NCBI GenBank assembly: GCA_030704615.1
Contig: CM060733.1
Location: forward strand, 33,914,001 to 33,978,000
Direction of reading: 5' to 3'
Source of the DNA: Takakia lepidozioides
Taxonomy: Eukaryota > Plantae > Bryophyta
DNA: 64,000 nucleotides
In this document: one piece after another, positions 24,131-37,700 of the stretch
Numbering within the stretch: position 1 is the stretch's first letter
How the letters are laid out: each line of letters starts with the position of its first letter
Translations under genes and position numbers: made by a program
The notes under the pieces: generated by a model
The model's input: the letters and a program-made list of their open reading frames with translations, nothing else
The model's database searches: none
Told to the model about the DNA's origin: nothing

Positions 24131-25579
24131 TTTAGAGCTTTGTGATTAGGATGTAACTCGATTTATTTAAGAGATAAACAAGCCTCACATTGCAATGGGC
24201 TCTCTTGCTTTGGCAAAACATAAGAGGAAGGGAAGACTAGGGAGCAAGCACAACACACCAATCGGAGTCTTGATATGGTGTAAGGTCCTTTGACCACGTA
24301 GACTTCATCATCTACAAGAGAGCCAATAAACAGGGGAAAGTGGCCCTGGAATGAAATCTGCCCTTAACTGTGAATTTCTCAATAGATGCCCTTTCCAGTA
24401 TATGACTGATCAAAGGCCATGAACCACACAAGGTAGCAGGATTTCAGCTCCATAATCACCTAGGTAGCATGCACAGTGCACTATCCAACTGAGTCGCTGC
24501 TCTTTTCTTTTTCTAAAATCGAAGTACTGCTTCAACGTGTCACGTTTTTAGCCTGTATTCCATTGTAGGATACATCCACCAAGAACAAATATTAATTAGC
24601 AGTCTTCATCTTCCACTTTCAGTCACAAATCCTCGAGTCTTTGGTCCAGCAAATCCACAAGAATGTACAGTAACAGTTGGGTGGTAGGCCAGGACAAGAT
24701 GAGGGAGGCAGAAAGGCACACAAAAGACAAAGGGCAGATGAAGGCTGGTGCAATCAAAGGCAGGCACAGCATGCCTGCATCCAATTGTCTCCACTCTGTT
24801 CCGAAAAGTAGCACTTAGTATATTTGCTACTGTCTTCGTCAGTTGTTCCAGGGTAACCTTCTGACAAGTGGATTGGTCTGATGGGAATGGACACTTTACC
24901 AAGAGACGTCTGCATCCATATCAAAGTAGCAAGTGAGTATCGTCTCAAAGATAAGCTCGACTTCCCACCATTTCCTTGCTCTTGGGGACACATCTGCCCC
25001 CCCCCTCTTTCACAGAGCTACACATATGCTTCTGAAATCTAGGTGGAATCTTCCAGCGAAAACAAAGCACCATCAATAAACATATGACATGGTTCCCTTC
25101 AGTACAGCAGCCGATCATCAAAACCAAGACCTAAACTAAACAGATGTTGTCAAGCAACAACAGAGCGCAAAAATGATGTCGAGTAGGTAACCTGGAGAGA
25201 AAGGAAGAGTTTATTCCATAAAATCATACACATTGCTTACATTGGTCATTGTACAAATTGCTCTAGTGGGCTGTTGCAAGACATCCGCACTAGGTTTTTA
25301 CAAAGGAGAGTGGGAGCTCAGTCACTACTTTCTTAAACCAGAACTCACAAGACATCCCATCAAAGGCTTGGATACAAAATCTATAGCTCAATTCGGATTT
25401 CCAACTCTCACCTCAACTATATGCAAGTCAACCACTTAAGGAAAACAAGGGCAGCTAATTGCTACCACAGCCCACTCAACACATGTGTAGCACCGTTGTG
25501 GCCAGCATCCAAGCCACAGCCAAAAGCCGACCTATACCAAGATAATCGCCAGCATCACAAACACACTGCTCGAAACAGT

Positions 25580-27127
25580 CTAATAGGGTACAACAATTGT
25601 ATCTCCTGCACACAATAAATCTCCAGCTATTATGCCATTTGCTGCTTTCAATGATTCCACTGATACCTGCACAATCCCAAAAACCAACATCCCACTCAAT
25701 TTAGTTTAGAAGGAGGCCCCACCAAACAACAAAGGTCAAGATCCTTGCATGTGTGGAACTGCTTACACTAGGCAAAGAAGTTGCTGCATGTGAGCAATGT
25801 GGCGCATTGGACACGAGGATACCAACACTACGGAAGAAAGAAGCTACTGAAGGCCGAAACTCCAGCCTGCACACACAAGATTGGGAAACGCAAACAAGCA
25901 AGCAATTTTGATTCAGGGACAGGGGCAAGAAGAGTGTCTGGATGGAAGTCGTACCCCGTGTTTTCGGGAAATGCCCCAGAGAGTGTCACCCTTGTTGACC
26001 TGAACTTGCTTGCCGTCCAGCCGTTTCTTGCTGTCTTGAGCCTTCTCATAGTAGCGGGAGCCAGTTTCCTGGGCTTTGCCCTTCACATCCCTGCTAGTCT
26101 CCTGCACACCGCCCTTCAGTTCCCTCCCCTTCTCCAGCAAGGTGCCCTTCAAATCCCTGCTAGTCTCCTGCACACCGTCCTTCAATTCCCTCCCCTTCTC
26201 CTGCAAGCTGCCCTTCAAATCCCTTCCACCGTCTTCCACACTGCCCTTAAAGTCTTTCCCCTTATACTCCGCCTCTTTACCCTTGTTTTCAAAGCTCCTC
26301 TTCACCTCCCGGCCCTTCTCCTCTGCACCAGCCTTAGCCCCCCAACTCTTGTTCTCGGTCTCCTGGCCCTTACCCTCGAAGGTGCTCTTCACGCTTCTGC
26401 CTGCTCCTTCCAAGCTGCCCTTTAGTTCGCTCCCAGCATTTTTCAATGTGCCCTTTATATCCCTGCCGGCGCTCTCAAAACTGCCTTTCGCGTCCTTACG
26501 CTTATCCTCCGCGTTGTCCTTAAATTCCCTGCCCTTCTCCTGCATCCGCACATTGACCTTCAGACAGTGAATATTTTTCTTGTTCACCTCCCTCACCTTG
26601 CTGACAACAACCTCTCTGGGGAAAAAACAAGATATAATTGATGATCAACAATGACAACAAGCTTTAAATCCTCGAGCGAAAATGTTGCTGGAGCAAGTTT
26701 CTTTTAACATCCCTTCTTGTCTTTCACGAATATGCTGCATACATCCGCCTCACGTCTTGTATGTTATCTAATCTTCTTAAAACAGCTCCACCAGCAACAA
26801 CTGTCATTTTGTGAAAGTCTGCCGCAAGCGACAGCAGGTAGTAGTTTAGAGGAATTCTATACACACCTTGGATGCGCCCCAAACGTTGGAGGCATCCCTG
26901 GATAAGTCCTCTCCAGATTCTGACAGAGGTTCTTCGCCCTTTTGGTAGTTGCGGATTCCTTTGTACACGGTCCAGGCAATGCCAGCTGCAACCACCACAC
27001 CTGCAGCCTTGGCTATGTTCTCATCTACCCCACAGCCGCCCTTGTCGCCCTTTTCACCCTTCTCTCCCTTTGGCCCACGATGACCGGCTCCATTAGGAGC
27101 TGCAGGGGCAGCACCGGCGGCTGACAT
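25580..27127 (-). CDS. Single-pass membrane protein with Gly-X-Y triplets, group 3 LEA-like 11-mer repeats and a C-terminal LysM domain
   Basis: Exons 27127-26867, 26539-25955 and 25666-25580 splice in phase 0 with GT-AG. LysM reads VQVNKGDTLWGISRKHG|VSVESLKAANGI..DLLCAGDTIVVP. The 11-mers include EKGRELKGGVQ and ETSRDLKGTLL. Confidence 0.85.
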
Positions 27128-28118
27128 CTCACACCTTATTTCAACATCACATGTACATCACTGTTAGAATCTTAGAACTGTCAGTGACTAACCATCAAGA
27201 AAGAAAGAAACCTCGAAAGAACGTCCAGCAGGCCAAAATGCTACACGCCTTACATAATAAAACAGGGAATCACACACCCGCCTTCTTTCTAGCACCTGAA
27301 TATACATAAAATGTTATAATTACATCAATGATTCAGTTTCATGCTAAAACGATTTCTAGCTGTGTTCTGTGACCTTGTATTGTTACTCCCCATAGAATGA
27401 CTGCGCTTTTCACAGTTTTTCCCCAAGAACCATTACTCTGGCTACTCCTGAGCACAATTCAAGCATTCAAAGTACTTTGCCCGCAGCGAGACAGAAAAAC
27501 AGACAGAAAGTAGTTTCAGAGCCACATCAAAAGAATGCCATCAACAAGAACTTTCAAAGACGCCAATACAAGGCAAAATAGAGCTAATAACTGACTTCAG
27601 AGAGAACAAGCAATCCAAACCAATACAAAAAAAAGAAAACAAGAAGCGCTTGCGCTTGCAACACGTCCAAAACACAGGTAAGGAAAGGAGCGACAGAAAC
27701 ATCCGCGACCTCACCGGTCACAAGCGCCTAAATTCGAAATGAGTCCTCCGACGGAGATCTCGCTGTCAAGCAAAGCGATCACCAAAAAAGTGTCGAAGAA
27801 ATTCACAGAGACAAGAAGAAAGAAGACGAAACGACGATCAAACGACGATCAGGACGCTTGTAAGTAATTGCTGGCGCGATGTCGAGAGCGCAAGACAGAG
27901 ACTCGAGCGCCGCTGCGATGCTGTGCGCTGCTCCGTCTGCACTGCCACTGTTAACAGACCCGCGCATGGAGACCCTGTGGGGCCCAGCCTCGCTACTAGG
28001 TTCGGTCCAGCTTCGTTTTAGGTTCGAAGCCAGGTTCGAATACGCGCGGATGGATCCGAGCCGCTCCCATGTTCAAACTCGGATCATGCAATGCTGGTCT
28101 GGTCGCTTGAGATTTCCA

Positions 28119-28226
28119 CACGTGGCTGTTTATAATTCGGTGTATTCACTTACTGTTGCCGCGTGTGGCCACCTATATGGCCCACTTGGGCGCTCTATGC
28201 AAATGGGGGGTTCGGGCCACGTGCCG
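28119..28226. promoter_or_regulatory. ABRE/G-box cluster upstream of the LEA-LysM gene
   Basis: CACGTGGC at 28119-28126, gccgcgtgtggc at ~28158 and GCCACGTG at 28216-28223. Confidence 0.45.
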
Positions 28227-29389
28227 TGAAATGAAAGGCTGATGATCTGGCCACCTACCACAGGAGGTTGGAGCGGCCAATCAGGTGCATCTTGCTTGGT
28301 GGTTTTCGGATGGATGAAAAGAGGGAATGACGGATGGAATCTAGATTTCCTCGTATCGAATGAGTTCACCTCTGTTTTTGTGGGACCTCTGTATGGATAG
28401 TGGCTCCAGGTGGGAGGCAGGGTGTGGCCGAAGGAGATGGAGGTGGGCATCCACACTTATCACTGCAGCAGCTCCGAGAGGGATGGGAGAGCGTTGCATG
28501 CGTCCACACAGCTGTCTATCGACTCCCATCTGGTCATCATCCTATCAAAATCCCTCGAGGCTTTTCGAGGATCAACCTGCTGCACGCTGTGAAAACCTAA
28601 CGCTGGCTTAACTTAGCTTGTGATGCAAAGAGCACGACCACGGACTTTGGTGGAACGAGCGTGACGAATTCGAATCACATGTTCTTTATGGATTCTCTAA
28701 CAGAAAGTGGAACAAGGACCTGGGTAAGGAAGGCCTTGGAGGCTCATGTGGTACTGTTCCAACAACATGGAACGAATCTAACTTAATGGTGACAAAACAT
28801 GAGTACAACCCATGCTCCCAGGATACGATCCGAGATCACAGTCAGTCACAGCAATTTCTTATACATACTTTTTCTCAAGTGACAAAAATTGGTAGCATGT
28901 GGCATGAGAGTCATCACGTGGAGGTGGAGTGGACAAAGATACCTATAAGCACTTTGTATTAATTCTATTCCAATCCCCTTGTTAGAGGGCTTCTCACACT
29001 TCCACGTTTCAAAAATCAAGCACTGTTGTCACATTACTTCTGCTATTGTCCAACTAGTTGTGATCTTGTCTAAACCATCTGAACAGTAATCACCTTTGAC
29101 CTCCCCGCTATCTTTTCAGCAGATGTCTCCCCCTTGAAGTTTTTGATGTCTGACTCTCGACGTACAAAATCTGCTGGACCTAAGACTTCTAGTAGAAATA
29201 AACATGTACATAATCATAACTCATCAAATCAGAACATTTCTCAGCTCATGAGGTCTAAAGGAAAATGTAGCCGATGTATCTTTGGATTAATTTTATAGCT
29301 CAGATTAGCAGCTGATCACATTTTAGAGGGAATTCAGCCGACAAGTAAAACAAATCAACTACGCGACGACGATGGCCAGGAGTCCATGA

Positions 29390-31378
29390 CTATGTGCCAG
29401 CTGGTGCCAGCTCATCAACAACATAGCGAACCTCTTGCATGTTCTCAAGGATGGCTATCACTGCTTCCTGCTCTGCCTGTGTGGCTTCCTTGAAAGCTGC
29501 ATCATACTCAGCTTCAGCCTCTGCTAGTTCCAACGCACTGACCCCTTCCTCATTCCCATGGCAGCTGTGTGGCTGCCCCCTGCTGTCTGCATGAGCTCGC
29601 TCTGATGGTCGGCCTGCCCTTCTTAAGACTTGGAGTGTTGCCGTCTGTCACAATCGAAAGTGATCCTCAAGATCATATATGCTGTCGCCATGGAGAATCA
29701 TTGCAATCCTTCCAACAAAAATACTTGCTGTTTGAGGCCAAAGCAGGCAATTCACGACAACCTTTGACAGAGAAGGATTGACAATGTGTCGGTGACCAAC
29801 ATAGCAACAAGGAAAATGATCCAGAAAGACTTTTCACTTCTTTGGTGACTCACCATGCGCAATTTCTCTTTTTCTCGCACTTGGACATCTGCGAGCAGTT
29901 GTGCAAGATCTTCCCTCCCAACCTCAGGTTCCCTTAGAGCTGACTCAATTTCTAAAACCTGCCATATGATTGGCAATGTATCAGCACCAACCACAATGTA
30001 TCCAGGCTACACCCATAAGGCCAACCATGTTCTCTCCCCTACTTTATTGAGACACAATTGATGCATACTAACCCTTCACATCCACGACAAAGCACAAACA
30101 GAAGATATATTTCTCCTTTGACGAGCAATAAAATTACTAGATGGAGAAGGGATTTATCCAAAAGTTAGGAGACAACTGTACTCAATTTCTATGAGTCAAC
30201 CTGTTTCAAAACTGCTTGCATTGAAGACCAGTATCCAACTTTGTTGCCTGGTTTTTATTGCTCATATCCGCGCGGGAAACCTTTGAAGCCCGGAAACACT
30301 CGGTGGCCTATTCGCACTCTTGGCAAGTCATCCTGTCTCTGACGAGAGTATTTGCAATCTACCCACCCGGACCCACCTGCCTAGAGCAATTGTTGAAGTC
30401 TGTTGTGATTTGGCCGCAAAGTTCCTTGTACGTCAGCTCTGAGCCTGTCTTTAGATAGTCTGTAAATCCACTGCAGCCCATGCATTCTCACAAATCATTA
30501 GCTTCCCTGCCCCGGGCCCAACCAACAAGTCTCAGGTACTACACCTGACAGCTGAAAAGGACATCCTATCATAGAGTGACGCCACTTAGGATCATACACA
30601 GCCTCAGCATCTCAGTCAAACGTTGATACCAGCATTTGCAATTCACATAAGCAAACCGTCCCTATCTCATTGGGCCCGTTCCAGAGACCATGTCGTAGGA
30701 CAATCCCCTACTGCTTGCCTGCAGGCCATGTACTTGACATATCCGTACTTCTGAGTACCACATGAACTCGGACCCAGCTTGGACATCCCAAATTCACCTC
30801 AATCGTAACATACATGTGAGGCATTCTAGAATAGCACCGTACTCATGGTACAAGGTGCTGGGTGGCACCAAATCGATAAGAACCTGAAACCCTAGACCGG
30901 GTGGTGGGGGGGAGGGGAGCGGGACCCAGAACTTTCTGCAGTTTCAAACCGCACCCAGGAGACATGAAGGAGGAGGATTCCTATGTTGCAGGAGGATTCC
31001 TATGTGAAACCTAACAGTGATCCATTTTTCTTTCCGTACCCCCACAGTCCACGAGCATGCGCTAAAGCAGCAGGTTCAATAATGAAAAGATTCAGTCTTG
31101 TTAAGAGTCCATGTCCACTCTTCGGCCCATTCCCGTTATCCGCCACAGACTTCAGCGAAGTTGGAACTGAACTCCGAAACTCTACCATCCTGGAACTCAA
31201 TCACATACAAAAATTCCCTCACAGAAAAAGATGGGAGGCACAAATTGACATCCACGGATCAGTGTAGCGAAAATTACCTCTTGAGCGACGAGTAGAGATG
31301 AGCTCGGTCCTGCTGAAGCTCCAGAAAGCGCCGCAGCAGCTGCGTCGCTCGAGTATCGGAGCTCGCTCCGGCAGCCAT
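29390..31378 (-). CDS. Required-for-excision 1-B (REX1-B / C19orf60-like) domain protein
   Basis: Exons 31378-31278, 30470-30377, 29958-29854 and 29644-29390 splice in frame. The product includes LLRRFLELQQDRAHLY, LCGQITTDFNNCSRQVLEIE, EKEKLRMTATLQVLRRAGRPSER and EVRY. Confidence 0.85.
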
Positions 31379-31786
31379 GTCGCCCTCTTCCCCCGAGGTA
31401 GGGCAACCCTCATCGAGCTCGCTCATCCTACTCCATCCGTTCACCTTCGGTTAGATGATGGATGTTCATCCACTGGATCGTGGTACGTTCGTCCAACGCA
31501 TATTCAGTGGTGATGGGAAGCACGTGAAGGGCACTTGCGGGGTCCCGGTTTAGCAGCTGCTTTAAAAATTAGCTGAATTTGGATGAATACGGATGAACAT
31601 ATCGCCTATGCTACCTGTCGACGCAAGAGTGAGGAGTGGCTTTGATGGCTCCGCGCCAAAACCCTCTGACCTCGTGCTGTGCCTTTGCAAGAATTTGGAA
31701 TGCAAAACAGTGTTCGTGTTGATTGGATCTGCGGAGGAGCAGTATTGATGGATTGGAGCTGAGGACTGATGCAAGGGGGGGTCAGA
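31379..31786. promoter_or_regulatory. Bidirectional promoter / 5' UTR region
   Basis: 408 bp separate two divergent ATGs. It contains a G-box at 31521-31526 and several CATCC/GGATG motifs. Confidence 0.6.
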
Positions 31787-34700
31787 ATGAGAGCGTTGAC
31801 GGAGTTGTGCGATGTGCTAGCAGAGAATGAGGATATTTCGGAAGAGGGAGTTGCACTGCTGTGGAGTCAGTGTCCGGCACCTGGTTTCCTGCGGGAGGGA
31901 TCAGTGCACCTTACATGGCGCCAATGCAATGGCATCCGGGCCGTTGCCCGCTATCTTTCGCGTTCTCGAGGTGCTGAGAAACGGAAGGAGTTTTTCTCCC
32001 TGATCTTGGAATTTTTGGAGGCTGTTCCTTCTTTGGATAATGAGGACTGTTGGCCTTCGTTCAGCTCGGATGATTTTGACGCTTATTTTTTGGAGATCAT
32101 CAGCTACGTAGCTCAATTCGTGGAGGTATGTCCAGCAATATTAGACGATGTGAGTGGTGTTATTGCTGGTGTGATCCAGAAGGTGACGTCAGCGACGAGT
32201 AGGGGGGACGTGAGTTTATCCAGGGCAAGCTCCCCGGTAAGCAAGTCACTCATTACAGCATTGGCGCAATATTGTCCCTCATTGAATGGTTCTGATGCAG
32301 ATCGTTTGGGGACGTGTTTGCTCCAGCACTGGATTTTACCTGTTCAGTCAGCATACTTGGCATCATCCTCATCCGAGACCTCAGCTGAAACCTCCCCTTC
32401 GATGAGTCACACACCCTTATCCAATGGAAACTCTAGGTCTTCCAAGGAGCTGGAGCTGAAGGTAGGTCAGGGAAATATAAGTGATGGACCAACTGATGGA
32501 AGGATATCAATGGACGGAAGCCCTAATTTTCGGTCCACAAAGTGTTCCCCTTTGTCGACCCCTTCCAGATCAAGCCCAGGAGTTGATGCTGAACAGCAGG
32601 GTGCACCTAGTTCTGTGAAGCTCAATGGGATTGATGGAACGAACGGTGGCCTCGATAAATTAAATCAAGGGGGCATAGGCTCGAGGCAACTTCTAGCAGC
32701 ATTGGAAGCAGAGTCAGTGGAGGCTTTAGAAAGGCACGGGCTTGCATTCCGATTGTTTGTGAAGATTCTTGAGAAAGTGGTGCTCAAGGAGCAGCTGGTC
32801 TCTCAGCTGAGGTCTGCAGCAGTGGGCCAGCTCAAGGCTCTTCTTCCTTTATTGAAGGCAGGTGTTCTGATTCAATTGGTCTTGCTGGAATTGCAGTAAG
32901 AGCTGATTCATCCAATGCAGTGTTTAATTCTGAAGTATCTACAGCGGTTATTGAGTTGTAGGTTGTCTCTCTTTCAGAAATCAGAGTCATGAGTGCAGTG
33001 TACATGTGGACCTTCATTATTGGATGAGGCTTAGGGGAAGAGGGTTGTTAAACTTAGCTACGGTGGTGCAATTTTGTTGTGGAGCTTACCAAGTACTGAT
33101 CTAGTTGGAAAGGGAGGGTTGGAGAGAAGTTCAAATTAGTGCATGGTTGAGCTCCATGATCATGGGATGACGCATATGCAGAGTTGTTTGGTGGAGGCAT
33201 GGATACTTTTAACTAGGGTCTCATGGTTGCTTCCGCAGATACGGAAACGAGACTGGCCTGTGGATGGGATGCCACTTCTTGCCAAAGTGAACATGAAGCT
33301 GCAGGCCTCTCAAGCAGCAGCTGTGGTTCACACCAAGTTGTTGTTGATGTCAGAGTCTGATGGGAAGTTGCTAAAGGGCGAGCCAGATGGCAGATTGCCA
33401 AAGGGATCTATCAGAGAGACTCTTTTGCTTCTAATGGATACAGCAGATGCTGGCATTGCATCACCCTGGCGAAGGCTGAAATCGTGTGAATTGTTATTTG
33501 GAACCCTTCTTGTAGGCGTTGCCCAAGTTGGTGCATTACAAGGAGGCCAGATGTTGAAAATTCTTCTTCTACGGTTCAAGGCACTTGTGTTGGCTACTTG
33601 TTCTCAAGTAAGGGGGTAGATCAAGTAGTACATGCTTTATACTGAGACTTTCCCTTTAGCAGATTGGTCTTCATTTAAGAAACATGAAGTACTGTGCTCA
33701 GTTGAGGACAGGGCTGATGTGATTCATGACTGATTGTTGTGCAGGCAGATATTTGGGCCACAAACCAGGGGCCTGTTTTTGAGAGTGTTTTGAAGGCAGG
33801 TTGTGTGTTGATCGAAGCTGCCTGGAACTCAGACAGGGCAGCTGTTGAATCCCTCGTCATATCCCTGGCTGCAGATGTCCGAGAGAGGTTGGAACAGGTA
33901 TGAGCTGACCTGGTATTTGGATTTAACTTGTGACCAGGACTTTCCACTATATTTACAGGTTGTGCTATCTTTGTAGTAGCTGGTTTGCAAAGTGACTTTT
34001 ATTGCTGTTCAAGGCTGGTACAAGTCAATTTGTTGAGAAGAGACTCTTGTCAAGTTTTATCCTTCTCATTTACAGGTTGCAGCATGACTGGAAATCTTTT
34101 GACACTGTGTGGCTTGCGGACCGGGATGATGGTACAGGAGAAGAAGGAAAGCGAAATTGCGGCAGTGACCCAGCTGAATGTGATACCATTACTGGCTGAT
34201 ATGGCAGTTCTGCTCAACAAGGCAGAGGTTGTTGACCGAATATTGCCTCTCTTCATCGAAAGCTTGGAAGAGGGCAATGCATCTGTTCCTAGTCTTGTGC
34301 GACTGAGGGTGCGTGTACCACCTCTTTTCTTCAATGTGCATATGTCAAATGGGTTTCGTTTTGGTTGCTCAAGCACACATACTGTTTATTCCTTCTCACT
34401 CCTTTGGAACTGTGCAGGATTTGTTCGATTCTGGTCACTGTGTGTAGATTCTGCTATATTGGTCAAGTTCCAACTTTGAGTTTGACTTGGAATGGAAGTG
34501 ATAGTGCAAAGTTGCATGACAGGTACTTGATGCAGTGGCACGGATGGCATGCTTGGATTGTGTCAAGTCGTATAGGGAGGTAGTAGTGCTGCTTACACGT
34601 AGCTATCTCAACAAGCTCTCTACAGTTGGCTCCACCCATAGCCGCACTCTTGCTCCTGAAGCCACAACTGAGCGTGTAGAGGTACTGTCCTCTTCACTTC

Positions 34701-37700
34701 TCTGGGCAGCTTCTGTTAGATCATTTAATGAAGGAATGGGGTTGCACAAAAGATCTGTTCATTTGTGGACCTGAGTTTAGATTACTTGTATGTGGTTTGG
34801 TGCAGACTCTACCAGGGGCTTTCTTGCTTATTGCACAACGGCTAAAAGATGCAAAGCTACGCCCTGACTTTAGGCAGCGGCTGCTGGTACTGTGTACTGA
34901 TGTGGGCCTGGTTGCTGAGGCCAAGAATGGCAGGTTGGCGCTTCACTTCTTCTGCTTGTTTGTGGAGTCTTGGGCTCCATGTTACCCATGCTCATCACCT
35001 GGCACTATATCATCCATGTGCATGCTCATGATGTCCACTGGATTTTGTAGTTTATCATTGGTGGAAGCTGTCTTGTTATTCATTGTGAAGTGCTGCTTAT
35101 GAGCTGTCTTGGTTGGCAGGAGTGGCGCTGATTTGCTTGGGCCTCTTCTTCCAGCAGTGGCAGAGATATGTGCTGATTTAGATCCATTGCAGGAGGTGGA
35201 TTCATCAATGTTAAAATTGTTCCGCAATTTGTGGTTTTATATTGTGCTATATGGTCTAGCTCCTCCTATCCAAAAGATACAGCATACCCCAAGGTCCATG
35301 AGCACAGGAAGCCAGGGAAGCATGAGTGTAATGCAAACAGTTGGCGGCCCTTATGTGTGGAATCCTGACTGGTCTGCAGCTGTGTGCCGACTAGCTCAAG
35401 CTACCCCACCTCTGGTGATAGCACTCTTTCCTTCCTCCTTTGTCGTGATTATGGATGAATAACATTGTTTGAGCTCTCTGAAGAACTTTGTATAGTGACT
35501 TTGTATACTATCTAAGAACCTTCCTCTCCTATTTCATTGTATATATAACCTGGTGTAAGTTCTTCAAAGTTCCTTGTTTTACTTGTCCGGAGTATCAAGT
35601 ACCTGATCCAGCTTGATGATTTTGTCATTGGGGTACGTTTGGCATTGAATGGACTGGCCAACCACAAGCTGTCACCATGCACATTTCATGCATGTAGGTG
35701 ACTTAGAACTATGTTCATATGTACTTTAACATCTAAGTAGATGGAAGGGGCCAGGGAATTGCTTGCATGGTATCAAACCCAAGAATTGTGAGTCTGGGTT
35801 TGTACAGTGGCTGAACACCTGCTCCCATTTACAGATGATTAACCTACCATGTATTGATGTTTTTTGGCTTTAGGTTGTAAGTTCCGTCAAATGGTTGGAA
35901 GATGAGCTGGAGCTGAATGCGCTGCATAATCCTGGCAGTCACAGAGGATCCTGCAATGAGAAAGCAGCTGTCGCTCAACGCAGTCTCCTCTCTGCTGCAT
36001 TGGGTGGTCGAGTTGATATTGCATCTATGGGCAGCATTTCAGGTACTACTTATTGCAATGATTGGCGCAGATTGATCAAAGCACTTCCTGTTTTTATATA
36101 TACAGCTGGTGTGGGTCTGTTGCCTTCATTTTCACTTCAGGATATACCCTTGGAGTGGAACCTGGTCACAACTGGAGGTTGAAGGTGCTCTTCTTGAAGC
36201 ACACACATCAGTGGAGGGTCATCTGCTTTGTACTGCTCCAGACTTCGGATCTGGGGGGTAGCCGCACATCTGGACAGGCTCCAAACGATGAGTCCCATGA
36301 AACATTAGGTTTTATGGATCTCCATGACTGGATCCATCACTTGGTTGTTGAGTTGGAGATATCCTGGCCTTGTATGCAAATCCCTGAGGCAAAATTTACA
36401 CGTCAATCAATCGAAGTGGTTTTGGGAGGTTGGACATAAGAGGTTCATCAAAGCTTGGGCCTGGATTTCTTGGGTTTATTATCCATGGACGTTGTTGTGA
36501 TGCTCAGCTTCTGTAGTGGTTGTGGATCAGGTGTGAAGGCAACTTACCTTCTAGCAGTTACTTTTTTGGAGATTTTACGCCTGAGTCACCATGGAGGGGT
36601 TCTCAGGGGCACGTGGTCAGAGGGAGAATGTAGAAGTGCGCTAAGTTGCACATTTGAGTATTTGGAGACCCCAAATTTGATGCCTGCTGTCTATCAGTGT
36701 CTAACGGCAATCGTCCACCGTGCCTTTGATGCTGCTTTGACATGGCTGGTACTTCCAACTCATTTGATTACTGTTGGCTGGTTTGAGCCTCAGATAGGCT
36801 GATTTGCATTGAGGTGATGTCCCACCAGCCAATTTCATGGGGTGTTCAGAATGTCTCTAATTGTAGCAAGATTACTGGGCATGGTTTTTATGGTATTTTA
36901 TCCATTTGTTAAAATGCCTATGGGCAAGTTGAAATCTCGTTTTTGAGCATGTGGGAGGTTGTGGGTTGTGCTCATGTGATGTTAGTCCTCCTGAAGGTGT
37001 CCAAGACAAAGAACTGGTGCAGTGTTTTAACGAGCTTGGCAGCTTACTGGAGGATGTCTGATTCACTTTGCTGAGGCGTTCTACATGACAAGGGTGCCTA
37101 CTTTTGCAGGAAGAGAAGGCTGCATCAAGTGGGAAAGAGGTGGAGGAGAAGGAGGGAGTGCTGACTGCACACGCCTGTTTCCTCATCAAGCATGAAATGC
37201 ATCATAATGAGACTGTTCGTGAAATTGCTGACAGTCTCCTCAGTCAGCTCAGGAACCGATTGCCACAAGTATGTTGGTGTGTTTGAAAGATGAAGGAGCA
37301 GAAGCTTTCAACCTGCTTCCCTCTTTTTCCTTTGGCTGTTTCCTATCTCTCTCCCTCTCACTCCCCTCTCGTTCAAGGACATTGTCCCTGCACCTCTGTC
37401 CACCTCTCCCCTCGCATAGGTAGTGTCTGTCCCCTTTAGTTCTGCCCAAATGGGCGGGGGGCTATGGCCACAAGGCTATGGCAAACAACGTCTTATTGAG
37501 TACGTTCTTCTCTCTCTTATTCCACCAAAACTGGGCGCTGGGTCTATGGCCAGAGATTCTTTCTCCAGGTGTTGAGTTCTCCAGTTGTAACTGGATGTGC
37601 ATCTACAAAAAGTGGTTCAAACAGCTAAACACAAAGCTTTAGCTCTCCCTCAATTTTTCTGCTGCAGAGGGATTAATCTGAAGCAAAAAGGTCCATGCTT

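Noticed and set aside
25781-26570. Long + strand ORFs 25781-26425 and 26076-26570
   Set aside because: They are antisense shadows of the repetitive LEA exon.
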